Shown here: in pieces, positions 1-9,534 of the stretch
Position numbering within the stretch: position 1 is the stretch's first letter
How the letters are laid out: the number at the start of each line of letters is the position of its first letter
Assembly (NCBI GenBank): GCA_049969615.1
Contig: JBMFOM010000001.1
Coordinates: 47,199 to 111,198 of the forward strand
Direction of reading: 5' to 3'
DNA length: 64,000 nucleotides
From: a candidate division WOR-3 bacterium
Lineage (GTDB): Bacteria > Hydrothermota > Hydrothermia > JBDRYB01
Notes under the pieces: model-generated
What the model was told of the DNA's origin: nothing
The model's input: only the letters and a program-made list of their open reading frames with translations
Database searches by the model: none
Position numbers and translations under genes: made by a program

Positions 1-1150
1 CAACGCGGATGGCTGGGATGATATACTCATAGTTGGTGAGGCCGAGAGGCTCTTCAGGAACGAGAAGGCCAGGAGATTCAAGGAGGTAACATCAGACGCG
101 GGCATATCCGATACCCTCCCGACAGAGGGCGCGTCCGGGTTTGACCTTAACGGAGATGGGTGGCCCGAGATATACCTTGCCAACTACGAGTCAGGCGGGC
201 TGGGAAAGGGAACCCCTGATGTTCTCTGCTTGAACGAACGCGGGAGGTTCCAGCCCACCGAGATTGCCCCTGAAACCCTTTGCGGCAGGGGGGTTGCCCC
301 TTGCGATTTTGACATGGATGGGGATATTGATCTGTATGTGGCTAATTACAGGCTCCAGAGGAACTTTCTCTATGTGAATCAGGCCGGTTTGCTCTCAGAT
401 TCGGCGTTTCAGTACGGGGTTGCGGGAAAGGACAGAAGGGATTGGTTCGGACACTCAATAGGCCCTGCCTGGGCAGATTACGATAACGATGGGGATTTTG
501 ACCTCCTGGTCTGCAACCTGGCTCACCCAAGATACATAGATTTCTCCGAGAAGACGGTTTTATATCAGGCGACAGGAAACCGGGACGCGCCCTTTCAGGA
601 TGTCCGCTCTGAGGTGGGCATAGCATATGACGAGTGCTGCTCCGAGCCGCTCTGGGGGGATTTTGACAACGATGGCGACCTTGACCTTTTCATCACCTCC
701 ATATATGAGAAAGAGAGGAGCTACCTTTACCAGAACATGCTTTCCGAGACCGGCGAACCCCGTTTCCAAGATATGACATACCCTGCTGGCGCTCGCGTCC
801 TGAACGGCTGGGGGACCGCGGCCCTGGATTTTGACCAGGACGGAGACCTGGATATCGCGGTTGGCTCCGGCTCAGGTTTCCGTTTTCTGGTCAACGAGAC
901 CAAGACCAACAACGCCTGGATAGAGATAGAGGGACTGCCGCCGGGCGCGGTCGTGAGGCTGGTGGCCGGGGATGCCCTGATGACAAGGCAGGTTGAGTTC
1001 GCCAAGGGCACGACATCACAGAGCTCGCCCGTCCTACATTTTGGACTCGGCTCCTGGCGTGGCGAGGTGGCAATTGGGGTCTCCTATCTGGGCAAGAGGA
1101 AGACCATAAAGACCAGGGACTTGAACCGCCGGATAAAGTTGAGGATATAG
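1..1150 (+). CDS. FG-GAP repeat / ASPIC-UnbV (CRTAC1-like) protein, 5'-truncated by the window edge
   Basis: Repeated DxDxDGDxD motifs (DFDMDGDID, DYDNDGDFD, DFDNDGDLD, DFDQDGDLD); C-terminal SQSSPVLHFGLG typical of ASPIC/UnbV; frame is open from base 2. Confidence 0.85.
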   Translation, partial: NADGWDDILIVGEAERLFRNEKARRFKEVTSDAGISDTLPTEGASGFDLNGDGWPEIYLANYESGGLGKGTPDVLCLNERGRFQPTEIAPETLCGRGVAPCDFDMDGDIDLYVANYRLQRNFLYVNQAGLLSDSAFQYGVAGKDRRDWFGHSIGPAWADYDNDGDFDLLVCNLAHPRYIDFSEKTVLYQATGNRDAPFQDVRSEVGIAYDECCSEPLWGDFDNDGDLDLFITSIYEKERSYLYQNMLSETGEPRFQDMTYPAGARVLNGWGTAALDFDQDGDLDIAVGSGSGFRFLVNETKTNNAWIEIEGLPPGAVVRLVAGDALMTRQVEFAKGTTSQSSPVLHFGLGSWRGEVAIGVSYLGKRKTIKTRDLNRRIKLRI

Positions 1151-1155
1151 CGCTT

Positions 1156-2274
1156 ATGCGGGTCCTGCTCCTTGCGGATGCCTCCTCATTTCACACCCTT
1201 AAGTGGTTCCGCGCCTACAGGGCTCGCGGCGCCGATGTCCTTCTGGTTAGCCTTGAGCCTCCGCGAGAGGAGCTCTCGGATGTTTGCGTTTTCCTTAACC
1301 CTCCCGTGGCCTCGCGGCCATTCCATTATATTTTAGCCACCGGCAGGATAAGGGCGTTAGCCTCAGAGTTCAGGCCGGACATCCTGAACGCTCACATGGC
1401 AACTGGATACGGCCTCTTGGCCGCGTTGTCCTCCAGGAAAGCGAGGCTGGTCGTCTCCCTCTGGGGGCCGGATGTGCTTGAGAGCCCCAGAAGAGGACCT
1501 CTGCACCGCGCGGCCCTCCGGTTCGTCTTCCGTAAGGCTCATCTCCTTCAGACCGATGCCCGCGTTATGGACAGGATTCTGGCCGAGGATTTCGGCGTCC
1601 CCCGCGAGAAGATGTTTTTCATGCCATATGGCCTTTCTCCCGAGCTCCTGGAAACGCCCCTTCCGGATTTTAGGCCCGGCCCCCCATGGAAAATAATCAG
1701 CCACAGGAAACTTGAACCCCTGTATTCACCTTTCACCGTGCTTGAGGCTTTATCGCGTTTGAAGGCCACGGGCCACGATTTCACCATGACCTTTGCCTCT
1801 GGCGGTTCCCTTGAACAAGCCATCAGGGACAGCATGGCGCGACTGGGAATTCCTGGCGAGGTTACAGGGTGGCTACCCGAACGGGAACTGCACGGTCGCA
1901 TCGCTGGCTCACACATATTCATCTCTGCCTCGCTCTCAGACTCAACCCCTGTTTCTTTGCTTGAGGCCATGGCCCTCGGCGTTTTCCCGGTCGTGTCCGA
2001 TTTACCCGCAAAGGGCGAATGGGTCGTTGATGGCTTGAACGGGTTCCTCTTTAACCCAACATGCCCACAGGATCTGGCGAATAAGCTCAAGGCATGCTTT
2101 GATAACCCCCGGATCATTGTCAGGGCCCGAGAAATTAACAAGGCCATGGTTCGTGAGCGGGCTGACTGGGAGAGGAATTTTGATCGTTTCCTTGAGACGC
2201 TGGAAAGCCTGCCACCAGAGCCTCTTACGCTTTCAAAACCAACGGGAGTCCTGCCGTGGAGCTACCTGAGATGA
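1156..2274 (+). CDS. Glycosyltransferase family 4 (GT-B)
   Basis: N-terminal MRVLLLADASSFHTLKW; C-terminal SLLEAMALGVFPVVSD motif. Confidence 0.9.
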   Translation: MRVLLLADASSFHTLKWFRAYRARGADVLLVSLEPPREELSDVCVFLNPPVASRPFHYILATGRIRALASEFRPDILNAHMATGYGLLAALSSRKARLVVSLWGPDVLESPRRGPLHRAALRFVFRKAHLLQTDARVMDRILAEDFGVPREKMFFMPYGLSPELLETPLPDFRPGPPWKIISHRKLEPLYSPFTVLEALSRLKATGHDFTMTFASGGSLEQAIRDSMARLGIPGEVTGWLPERELHGRIAGSHIFISASLSDSTPVSLLEAMALGVFPVVSDLPAKGEWVVDGLNGFLFNPTCPQDLANKLKACFDNPRIIVRAREINKAMVRERADWERNFDRFLETLESLPPEPLTLSKPTGVLPWSYLR

Positions 2275-3410
2275 AGGTAATGGCCTTGACCCTCGCGAAA
2301 AGGCATTGGGTAACCGGGATATGGACATTTCTTGATATGACGAGGAAAGCGCTTGAGGCAGTCGGGATTGAGTATCGCGTCCCGGATCACTGGTTGAACC
2401 ACAGACAGCCCAGGTGGCCGCTACGATCTATGGTCAGAGTTGTTTCCTGGCTCGCGGGAACACCTTATGAGATCAATGTCCGCAGGTGGTTGATCGGCCC
2501 TGCGCTTTCAGGAATAGCGAGGCGAGAGAGCCGCTTCTATAACCCGGATGTCCTGCACATCCAGGGGAGTCTCGCGGCTGGCCTCATCCTGGAATTTCTC
2601 ATGGAGGAGCGCGTCCCTTGGGTCCTGCACCTTCACAGCATAGATTCCGAGCTCATCAGGGCAGAAGGGCTTGCGCCGGATCACCCCCTGGTCATCCTCT
2701 CGGATCACCTTCTCAGGAAGTCCATAGCCTCTGCACCGGTGGTCTGCGCCATTTCAAGGAATCTCGTTGACAGGATAGCCGCGCTCGGAATTGATGTGTC
2801 ACGGATCAGGGTGGTTCACAATCCGATCATCATCCCCGAACTCCCTGAGCCACCTCCCTGCGGGCCTTATGTCTTTCTGCCCGCGAGACTGAGCCCAGAG
2901 AAGGGCGTTGACATAGCCATATCAGCCTGGAAAGGGGTTGAGAAGGAGTGCCCTGGCGTGAGCCTGATTATAGCGGGGACAGGCCCCCAGCAGGACGCCC
3001 TCATGGAGATGGTTCAGAGAGCCGGGGCGACCGGCATCAGGTTCCTCGGCAAACTATCGTGGGAAGAAACCCTCGCCTGGACAAAGCGCGCGCTCGTTCT
3101 GCTTCATCCCACGGTCCCCAGGGGTGGAACAAGGGAAGGGCTTGGCATGACGGTTTTGGAGGCAATGGCCCTGGGGGTTCCTGTCATATCAAGCGACAGG
3201 GGTGGTGCGGCAGAGGCCCTGGGTGATGCGGGAATATTTGTTCCTCCGCTGGATGCAGAGGCCATGGGCCAAGCGATCATCCGCCTCATCAGGGATGAGG
3301 CCCTCCGGCACGAGCTCAGCCACAGGGGGATTCAGAGGGCAGAGGAGATGTTCGGGCCGGACCTATATGCGAGCAAAATGGCCAGGGCATTCAAAGATGC
3401 TGTCGGATGA
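2271..3410 (+). CDS. Glycosyltransferase family 4 (GT-B)
   Basis: RLSPEKG and EGLGMTVLEAMALGVPVI motifs; ATG at 2271 overlaps the upstream stop (ATGA). Confidence 0.9.
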   Translation: MKVMALTLAKRHWVTGIWTFLDMTRKALEAVGIEYRVPDHWLNHRQPRWPLRSMVRVVSWLAGTPYEINVRRWLIGPALSGIARRESRFYNPDVLHIQGSLAAGLILEFLMEERVPWVLHLHSIDSELIRAEGLAPDHPLVILSDHLLRKSIASAPVVCAISRNLVDRIAALGIDVSRIRVVHNPIIIPELPEPPPCGPYVFLPARLSPEKGVDIAISAWKGVEKECPGVSLIIAGTGPQQDALMEMVQRAGATGIRFLGKLSWEETLAWTKRALVLLHPTVPRGGTREGLGMTVLEAMALGVPVISSDRGGAAEALGDAGIFVPPLDAEAMGQAIIRLIRDEALRHELSHRGIQRAEEMFGPDLYASKMARAFKDAVG

Positions 3411-3470
3411 TCCCTCATCAGCAACCCAACCTTGACACCATAATTTGCTGGTCTGAGCGCGGTGAGGGCA

Positions 3471-3513
3471 AAAACAAGGCCCCGGCGCGCGGGAAACGCC
3501 GGGGCATTAAAAA
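3471..3513. terminator. Probable intrinsic terminator between convergent genes
   Basis: Stem GCCCCGGCG (3479-3487) / CGCCGGGGC (3497-3505) flanked by A-runs. Confidence 0.6.
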
Positions 3514-3529
3514 GACCTCTGACGGGGGA

Positions 3530-4141
3530 TTATCTCACCATGAGAAGTTTCTCCACTTTCTTGAAGTCGCCAGCCTCATATCTCAGGATGTAGAGTCCCT
3601 GGGATACCTTGGTTCCTGACTCGGATTCGCCGTTCCAGATTACAGTGTAGTTGCCGGAGCCAGGTTTGCCCCTGGCGAGATTCTTGACCACGCGTCCAGA
3701 GAGGTCATAGACTGCCAGGGACACCTCGCGCTCATCCGCAACCCCATACTGAATAACGACCCTGCCTTTTGAGGGATTAGGGGATGGGGGGGCCAGAAAA
3801 GTGGTGAACCTCTGGGCTCCGGGTTCCTCCCCTATCCCCTCATACAGGGGCTGGAGGTCAGGCCACCAGAAACCAAAGTAGCCCGTGTATGTCCCGCCAC
3901 CAGCATAGCTTATCTGATCGCAGGGTTCGCCAATAGTGACCCCGAGATAAAAACCGCCAGGAGCCTGGAGTCCACCGATGGAGTCTGATGAGCCGCCCGA
4001 TCCTATTATCACCCAGAAGTTAATGGTGTCCAGGGCCATGGGTCTGAATGGCTCGTAGCCGGGCTGGCTCATGAGCGCGGAGGGCCTCTGAACCTGGGAT
4101 ACACCAAAACTCAGGGCTATGAGCAGAAGTGGGCCTGGCAT
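3530..4141 (-). CDS. Small secreted protein with C-terminal FlgD-Ig / T9SS-type sorting domain
   Basis: Signal peptide; GG..Y.LGVTIGEP...GFW domain; C-terminal PNPSKG...VYDLSGRVVK...WNG...SQGLYILR...KLLMVR. Confidence 0.75.
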   Translation of the reverse strand: MPGPLLLIALSFGVSQVQRPSALMSQPGYEPFRPMALDTINFWVIIGSGGSSDSIGGLQAPGGFYLGVTIGEPCDQISYAGGGTYTGYFGFWWPDLQPLYEGIGEEPGAQRFTTFLAPPSPNPSKGRVVIQYGVADEREVSLAVYDLSGRVVKNLARGKPGSGNYTVIWNGESESGTKVSQGLYILRYEAGDFKKVEKLLMVR

Positions 4142-4143
4142 GG

Positions 4144-6252
4144 CTATTTCACCTCTTTGAGCTCTTGGGCGTCCGCGGGAGTGCGCTTGTGGGTGACCTT
4201 GATGGCCTTGGGTTCATCTGCAACGGATACGATCTGGCCAGTCCAACTGCTCCTTGAGGATGATTTTTCCATAGGAACTTCTCTAGCCTCAATAGAGAAG
4301 TCCTTGTTGGCAAGGAGATCATTGGCCTTTCCACCCTCATATCCTTTCCGAGTTGCAACGGCTATCCATTTGAACTCAGCGTTTGGGTCACCCGCACCGG
4401 ATCTAACCGTGAAGCTTTCGGATGTGGCACTCTCCACATAGATGCCGCTCCACGTCCCTATGGGAGTTGCTACGACTTCTATGTCACCAGAAATAACATT
4501 CCTATATTCGGTCGGTATCTCCACATGGGCAACACCGTTCTCAAGCCTAGCTTTACCGTCAAAGTAGACCTTTACATCAGAAGAGGTTATACTGAAGAGA
4601 CCTTTTGGGCTTGTTCCTCCAGGGACCACAGTTGCCATGACCCCTGAAGCAAGGATATTGCCTCCACCGCCAGGACCCTTATCTTTATAATACCCATAAG
4701 CATATATGTCGCCCCAGAAATAACCTGCCCAGCCTGATATGGAATTCACTACATAGCCAGCTACGGCAACTCCGTCATTTGCGGTTCCGAAGACGCCACA
4801 TTCCTGGTTGGTAACCACACGAAGGCCACCTCCATTACCTACCCCCTCTACTCCAACAGCATTCGCGGCGTTAACCCCAAAACCTACGGTTCCAAACACG
4901 GTTCCGTTACCCACCACACCAGCACCATCGGTGGGATACCAACCAGTGGTAGCATTTCCAGTAAATAGCCCGCCGATTCCTGTTCCACCAGTTGCATAAC
5001 CCTCAACCGCTCCCCAGCTGTTTGTTCCGGGCGAAGACCCATAAACCCCGTTGGATGAAGCGTTCGCGCCCTGGCCCCAGACGCCCGTGCCACCAGCGAG
5101 GGTCGCGTAGCCGAAGGTTCCGACCGTATCTCCGGTTCCAGCGACTCCACAACCATAGATGGGCACCGTTGGAGCGAGGTTATTTCCTGCGCCAACTACA
5201 CCTATGCCCGATGCGGCGTTCAGCGAGCGGCCACTCACGCCCGCGCCGTTGGCGTAGGTTGTGTTGCTAAATCCCGCTACGCCAAAGTTTGTCCCGGTGC
5301 CATACACTCCGCCCCCAGTGTTGAATACATAGGAGCTGTCCGAGGCGTTTCCCGTGAACAAACCGCCTATGCCCGAGGCCGCGAACGCGGAATACCCCTC
5401 AACGCCAGCGCCGTTCAAGTAATCAGCGTTGTTCTGGCCGAAAACGCCGTTGTTGCCGCCGTTGCCCAGGACACCTACATTGCCGAGACCAGCCCTCTGG
5501 ACGCCAAGGTAGCCATAGGCCGTTGTGTTGCTGAACTGTCCATAGACGCCACCCACATCTGTTCCCGCGCCTCCGCCGCCATAGGCAAGCTCACCGAACC
5601 TGCCGGGTGGATCCGCGCCGGCCCTTCCCCTCGTAGCGATCCGGAAAGAGCCAGGAGCCGCCTGGTTCACAGCAAACTGGTTCCAGATATACCCAGGGTC
5701 AGTCCCTGAAGCCGGAACATCAAGGAGCGCGAGGTCTATCCTGCCGTTGTTATCCAGGTCAAAGTCGTTGAGCTGAGTTGGCGGCGGGCCGAGCACGAGG
5801 TCCTGCGGCGTGACCGCAAAGTCCCTTATGCGCTGGGTCGTATCTGACATGAACGCGTTGTAGGCGAAAGCCGCAGAGTTTATCTTTACGCGAGGGGTGT
5901 ATATGCCGCCAAGGCCGGGTATATCCACCTCAACCCAGAGGTCGGTGTAGTTCAGGATGTTGGCCTGGGTTATGGGCAGTTCAACATTGAAAACGCCGCT
6001 ATAAACCTGCACTGCGCCGAACGACATGGTCTGGAGGAGTGTTCCGCCGGCAGCCGCGTTGTATAGCCTGAAGGTCATAGCATATGTGCCGTTGATGATG
6101 GTGGTTCCCTGTCTCAGGTGTCCCTGGAAGTTGACGATTACAGGCGGGGTGGCCTGTGGTTGAGCCTCGCCGAGGCCCGGTTCCGTTCCTTGGCCGGTGG
6201 CCTTCGTGGAGCCTGCCCCGGCCGCTATCAGCATAGACAAAATATAAGGCAT
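4144..6252 (-). CDS. Secreted Gly-rich fibre/adhesin-like protein
   Basis: Signal peptide; PPVIVNFQGHL...FRLYNAAAGGTLL N-domain; many GVxG/GGLFTG repeats; C-terminal GKARLENGVAHVEIP...F.W...A.RKGYE domain; SD GGAGGTG. Confidence 0.7.
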   Translation of the reverse strand: MPYILSMLIAAGAGSTKATGQGTEPGLGEAQPQATPPVIVNFQGHLRQGTTIINGTYAMTFRLYNAAAGGTLLQTMSFGAVQVYSGVFNVELPITQANILNYTDLWVEVDIPGLGGIYTPRVKINSAAFAYNAFMSDTTQRIRDFAVTPQDLVLGPPPTQLNDFDLDNNGRIDLALLDVPASGTDPGYIWNQFAVNQAAPGSFRIATRGRAGADPPGRFGELAYGGGGAGTDVGGVYGQFSNTTAYGYLGVQRAGLGNVGVLGNGGNNGVFGQNNADYLNGAGVEGYSAFAASGIGGLFTGNASDSSYVFNTGGGVYGTGTNFGVAGFSNTTYANGAGVSGRSLNAASGIGVVGAGNNLAPTVPIYGCGVAGTGDTVGTFGYATLAGGTGVWGQGANASSNGVYGSSPGTNSWGAVEGYATGGTGIGGLFTGNATTGWYPTDGAGVVGNGTVFGTVGFGVNAANAVGVEGVGNGGGLRVVTNQECGVFGTANDGVAVAGYVVNSISGWAGYFWGDIYAYGYYKDKGPGGGGNILASGVMATVVPGGTSPKGLFSITSSDVKVYFDGKARLENGVAHVEIPTEYRNVISGDIEVVATPIGTWSGIYVESATSESFTVRSGAGDPNAEFKWIAVATRKGYEGGKANDLLANKDFSIEAREVPMEKSSSRSSWTGQIVSVADEPKAIKVTHKRTPADAQELKEVK

Positions 6253-6335
6253 GAAACACCTCCGATATATGGTTTAGCTTCGGTTTAGCTTCTTCCTCAA
6301 GAGCAAAATCCAAGTCATACATCATACAGCTATAT

Positions 6336-6364
6336 ATTATAACCGATCAAGCATGGACTGTCAA
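6336..6364 (-). promoter_or_regulatory. Consensus sigma70 promoter for the fibre operon
   Basis: TTGACA-17 nt-TATAAT on the minus strand (tgtcaa 6359-6364, attata 6336-6341). Confidence 0.8.
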
Positions 6365-6438
6365 GGCCCTTTTTAACCCGGAAGCAGGGAAGGAGGGTGA
6401 ATTCCCCTCCGGAAGACATTTTCAGAGGATCAACAGGA

Positions 6439-6648
6439 TCAAAATTGGCCCCCCTTTTTGCCCGCCCAAACCGCGCCTGCGCCGAGCGCGAGGCCAACCC
6501 CATCCCAAAAAATGTCGCGCCAGCTGAACCTGCCCTTTGTCTTCCAGTCATAAATCTCCTTGACGAAAGAGGCCGCGACATGCTTGGCCTTATCCGGGCC
6601 AAAGAGGGGATCGGGAGACATAAATAGCAAAACTATTGCCGCGATCAT
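6439..6648 (-). CDS. YfiM/DUF2279-like small membrane protein, apparently internally shortened
   Basis: DKAKH...KEIYD...FSWRDIFWD.G motifs; only a few residues between DKAKH and KE. Confidence 0.5.
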   Translation of the reverse strand: MIAAIVLLFMSPDPLFGPDKAKHVAASFVKEIYDWKTKGRFSWRDIFWDGVGLALGAGAVWAGKKGGQF

Positions 6649-7622
6649 GCCTGAAGGAACCCCCGGAGCGCTTCCGCGGCCCTGGCCTGCGCCTCACTGG
6701 CCATGTATAGACGCTCCGCTATGGTTTTCCGGTCCTTTGCGAGGAGGTCTGCCACGAGCTCAAGCGCGGTAAGGGGCCTCAGGGCCTCCAGTGCTTCACT
6801 CCACATGGCCATTGCCCGATCAAGGTGGGGGGAGGAGAGCTCCATTATCTCGGAGGCCATATCCGTGAAGTGCATTGCGGAGATGCAGGACCCAGCCGCG
6901 CAGGATATTATCCAGTGAAGGCATGAATGGGAGTCCGGCCCGCAGGCCTCGCAATAGGGGTCTTGATCCAAAGCAGAGGCTATTATGTCCCAAGCGGGCT
7001 TGCCGGTGAGCCAGCCGGGGTCAGAGGGCGCCTTGTTCTCGTATAGGTCAACCGCGTGAGAAAACGCCTCCCGTATAAACGGCACGGGATCAGGCTCCTC
7101 TCCAGGCTCCCCCAGAACGATTATTTGCCAAGGGAGGTCCATTGTGGCCTCGTATTCTTCGGCCATAACGGGCAAGCCCACGAATGAATCCCCGGATACG
7201 CCGGCTATGAGGCTCCATTGGCCTGCCCTGAAACCGCCAAAACAGCCCTGTGCTATGACGGGTATGCCGGATTCAAGGCTCTCCGCGATGGGTTCCTCAA
7301 GGTGCTCCGAAAAGAATGAATCCGGTTCATCCAGAAAAGCTTCAAGGTCCTGGGGATACCTGAAACCCTCAGGAATCCTTCTCATGGGAACACCAAGGGC
7401 GCGGGACGCGAACCCCAGATAAACCGCCTGGTTTCCGGTTGTCCACCAGGCCTTGCACTCCTCGTCCGGGGATGCCTGAACCATGAAAGCGGTGCCCAGG
7501 ATGCCGTTTATAAAATCATAGTCATAGTCATCGCGAAGCCTGGCAACGGCTGATTTTATGGCCCAGCTGAGGGAAACAAACTGACCCCCCGTCATCCGGA
7601 GGGGCTGAAGTCCTTCAATCAT
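6645..7622 (-). CDS. Hypothetical protein with Cys/His cluster
   Basis: Long ORF; TATAAT-6 nt-ATG at 7622; CEACGPDSHSCLHW segment; family not recognised. Confidence 0.6.
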   Translation of the reverse strand: MIEGLQPLRMTGGQFVSLSWAIKSAVARLRDDYDYDFINGILGTAFMVQASPDEECKAWWTTGNQAVYLGFASRALGVPMRRIPEGFRYPQDLEAFLDEPDSFFSEHLEEPIAESLESGIPVIAQGCFGGFRAGQWSLIAGVSGDSFVGLPVMAEEYEATMDLPWQIIVLGEPGEEPDPVPFIREAFSHAVDLYENKAPSDPGWLTGKPAWDIIASALDQDPYCEACGPDSHSCLHWIISCAAGSCISAMHFTDMASEIMELSSPHLDRAMAMWSEALEALRPLTALELVADLLAKDRKTIAERLYMASEAQARAAEALRGFLQA

Positions 7623-7721
7623 GGGCAAATTATACCCTCGGCTGGGCCGGATTTTCCAATCAAGAGACCTTGAAAACCCCTGAGCCGAGACCTTAGAATT
7701 TGCGTCAGAGGAGGAATAGTA

Positions 7722-8894
7722 ATGCGTTTTCTCGTCGGAAGAGATGCTTTTGTTGAAGCCCTGTCCGCGGCGGTAAGGATATTGCCCACGAGATCGCCAA
7801 TCCCGATCCTGGACACAGTCCTTCTAAAGGTTGAAGATCAGACCCTTGAGATAGCGGCTACCAATATGGACATATCCCTCAGGGAATACCTCTCGGTAGC
7901 CGAGGCCGAGGACGGGTCGGTCGCTGTTCAGGGCAAGACGCTGTTCAATACCGTCAGCTCCCTGAGGGGGCCGAGTCTTTCTTTCAAATTTGAGGACAGG
8001 GCCCTTTATCTCAAGCACGATGGCGGAAAGTATAGGTTCTCCGGGTTCTCTCCGGATGAGTTCCCCAGGATTCGCCAACTGCCGGATATTCCGGGTTTCC
8101 GTGTCAAAACCTCTGATGTGAAGGAAGGACTTGCGACCGTGTCCTTCTGCGCGGCAAGGGAAGACCCCAGGACATTCCTTACGGGGGTTCTTTGGGAACT
8201 CAGGCCAGGCGAAATGCTTTTTGTAGCCTCGGACAGCCAGCGGCTCGGCCTCTGGCGCAAGGAGGCGGCCATTGATGGCTCTGCCAGCGCTATAATCTCA
8301 AAACCAATGGCTGATCTCATAAGGAACCTGTCCGGAGAAACCCTTGAGCTAAAAATTGAGGATGACTTCATATATGTGTCTCACCCCAGGGGGCACGTCC
8401 TATCCCGGCTGATGCCGGGCCCCTATGCCCAATACGAAGCCGTGATTCCAGCCGATCCAGGGAACGAGCTTAGGCTCTCGTGCGGCGAGCTCACCGAGGC
8501 CATGAAGAGGGTCATGGAATTCACCGAGCCTCCGCTGAACACCGTGAGGCTCATACTCTCCGGTTCTGTAGCCAGGCTTGAGGCCCACAGCGCGGCCGGC
8601 TCAGCCGAGGAAGAGATCCCCAGCGAATACTATGGCCCTGACACAGTACTCGGGCTTTCAGGAAAGATGATCCTTGAGGTCCTGAGGTCATTGCATTCAG
8701 ACAGGTTAACCCTGCGGATATACAGCTCCACCTCTCCATTCAAGATTGAACCCTCCTCAAACGAATCCGGCCAGGAGGTCCTGTATCTGGTTATGCCCGT
8801 GAAGCTGGAGGAATTCCTCACGCGCGAGGAAGAGGAGGAAGAACCAGAGGAAGATCTGGAGGAACCCGACGAGTCCGAAGAAGAAGAGTTCTGA
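7722..8894 (+). CDS. dnaN: DNA polymerase III beta subunit (sliding clamp) with acidic C-terminal tail
   Basis: PIPIL...ATNMDISL, DEFP, LTGV, ASDSQRL and YLVMPVKL motifs; SD GAGGAGG. Confidence 0.92.
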   Translation: MRFLVGRDAFVEALSAAVRILPTRSPIPILDTVLLKVEDQTLEIAATNMDISLREYLSVAEAEDGSVAVQGKTLFNTVSSLRGPSLSFKFEDRALYLKHDGGKYRFSGFSPDEFPRIRQLPDIPGFRVKTSDVKEGLATVSFCAAREDPRTFLTGVLWELRPGEMLFVASDSQRLGLWRKEAAIDGSASAIISKPMADLIRNLSGETLELKIEDDFIYVSHPRGHVLSRLMPGPYAQYEAVIPADPGNELRLSCGELTEAMKRVMEFTEPPLNTVRLILSGSVARLEAHSAAGSAEEEIPSEYYGPDTVLGLSGKMILEVLRSLHSDRLTLRIYSSTSPFKIEPSSNESGQEVLYLVMPVKLEEFLTREEEEEEPEEDLEEPDESEEEEF

Positions 8895-8922
8895 GAGGGG
8901 CACCCATAATCCTTGCCCTGAT

Positions 8923-9360
8923 TTGCCGGTTTTGGTGTCCGCGTGTCTCGTGGGTGTTCATTGTAGATACGACGGTTCAAGCAGACCGGATCTGGCGCCG
9001 CGCATCCCAGACAATCGCATACTCATTCCCGTGTGTCCGGAACAATTGGGCGGATTGCCGACCCCACGGCCTCCAGCCCTGTTATGCGGAGGTGATGGGC
9101 GGGATGTGCTTTCGGGAAGGGCAAGTGTTCTGAGTCAGGATGGCCAGGATGTAACAGAGAAGTTTATGAGGGGCGCGCTGGAAACAGTCGGGATAGCCAA
9201 AAAGCTATGTGTCCAGGAGGCCTATCTGATTGAAAAAAGCCCATCCTGCGGAGTGAACTGGGTTTGGACAACATCGGGCCTTTATCCGGGAATGGGTGTA
9301 GCGGCCGCGGCCCTCACGGCCAAAGGGGTCAGGGTGATCGGCCTTGGGGAACCTGATTAG
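8923..9360 (+). CDS. DUF523 family protein (2-thiouracil desulfurase-like)
   Basis: VSACLVG..CRYDG, CPEQLGGLPTPRPP and KSPSCG motifs. Confidence 0.88.
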   Translation: MPVLVSACLVGVHCRYDGSSRPDLAPRIPDNRILIPVCPEQLGGLPTPRPPALLCGGDGRDVLSGRASVLSQDGQDVTEKFMRGALETVGIAKKLCVQEAYLIEKSPSCGVNWVWTTSGLYPGMGVAAAALTAKGVRVIGLGEPD

Positions 9361-9366
9361 TTATTT

Positions 9367-9474
9367 GAGAGCTCTGATAGAGTAGCAATAACTTACTGGT
9401 TTGGGGGATGGGCGCTTTGTCCAAGAGAACAGGGTTCTACCGCCACAATAGCATTCCCTCAGGGTTCTCTTCTA
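9367..9474 (+). repeat. Partial copy of dispersed MITE-like repeat, family A
   Basis: ctgatagagtagcaataacttactggtttggggg...ctttgtccaagagaacagggttct and gcattccctcagggttctcttct match the copies at 10653 and 46945. Confidence 0.85.
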
Positions 9475-9534
9475 GAGGGGTTTTTATTTGCTTGATTTGG
9501 CCTTGAACTGCCGGTTTTTGTCAGAAAAAAGGCC

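Noticed and set aside
4144-6252. Prophage, suggested by the fibre-like gene and the wHTH initiator-like gene
   Set aside because: No integrase, terminase, capsid or other phage genes; the fibre has a signal peptide and a host-type promoter
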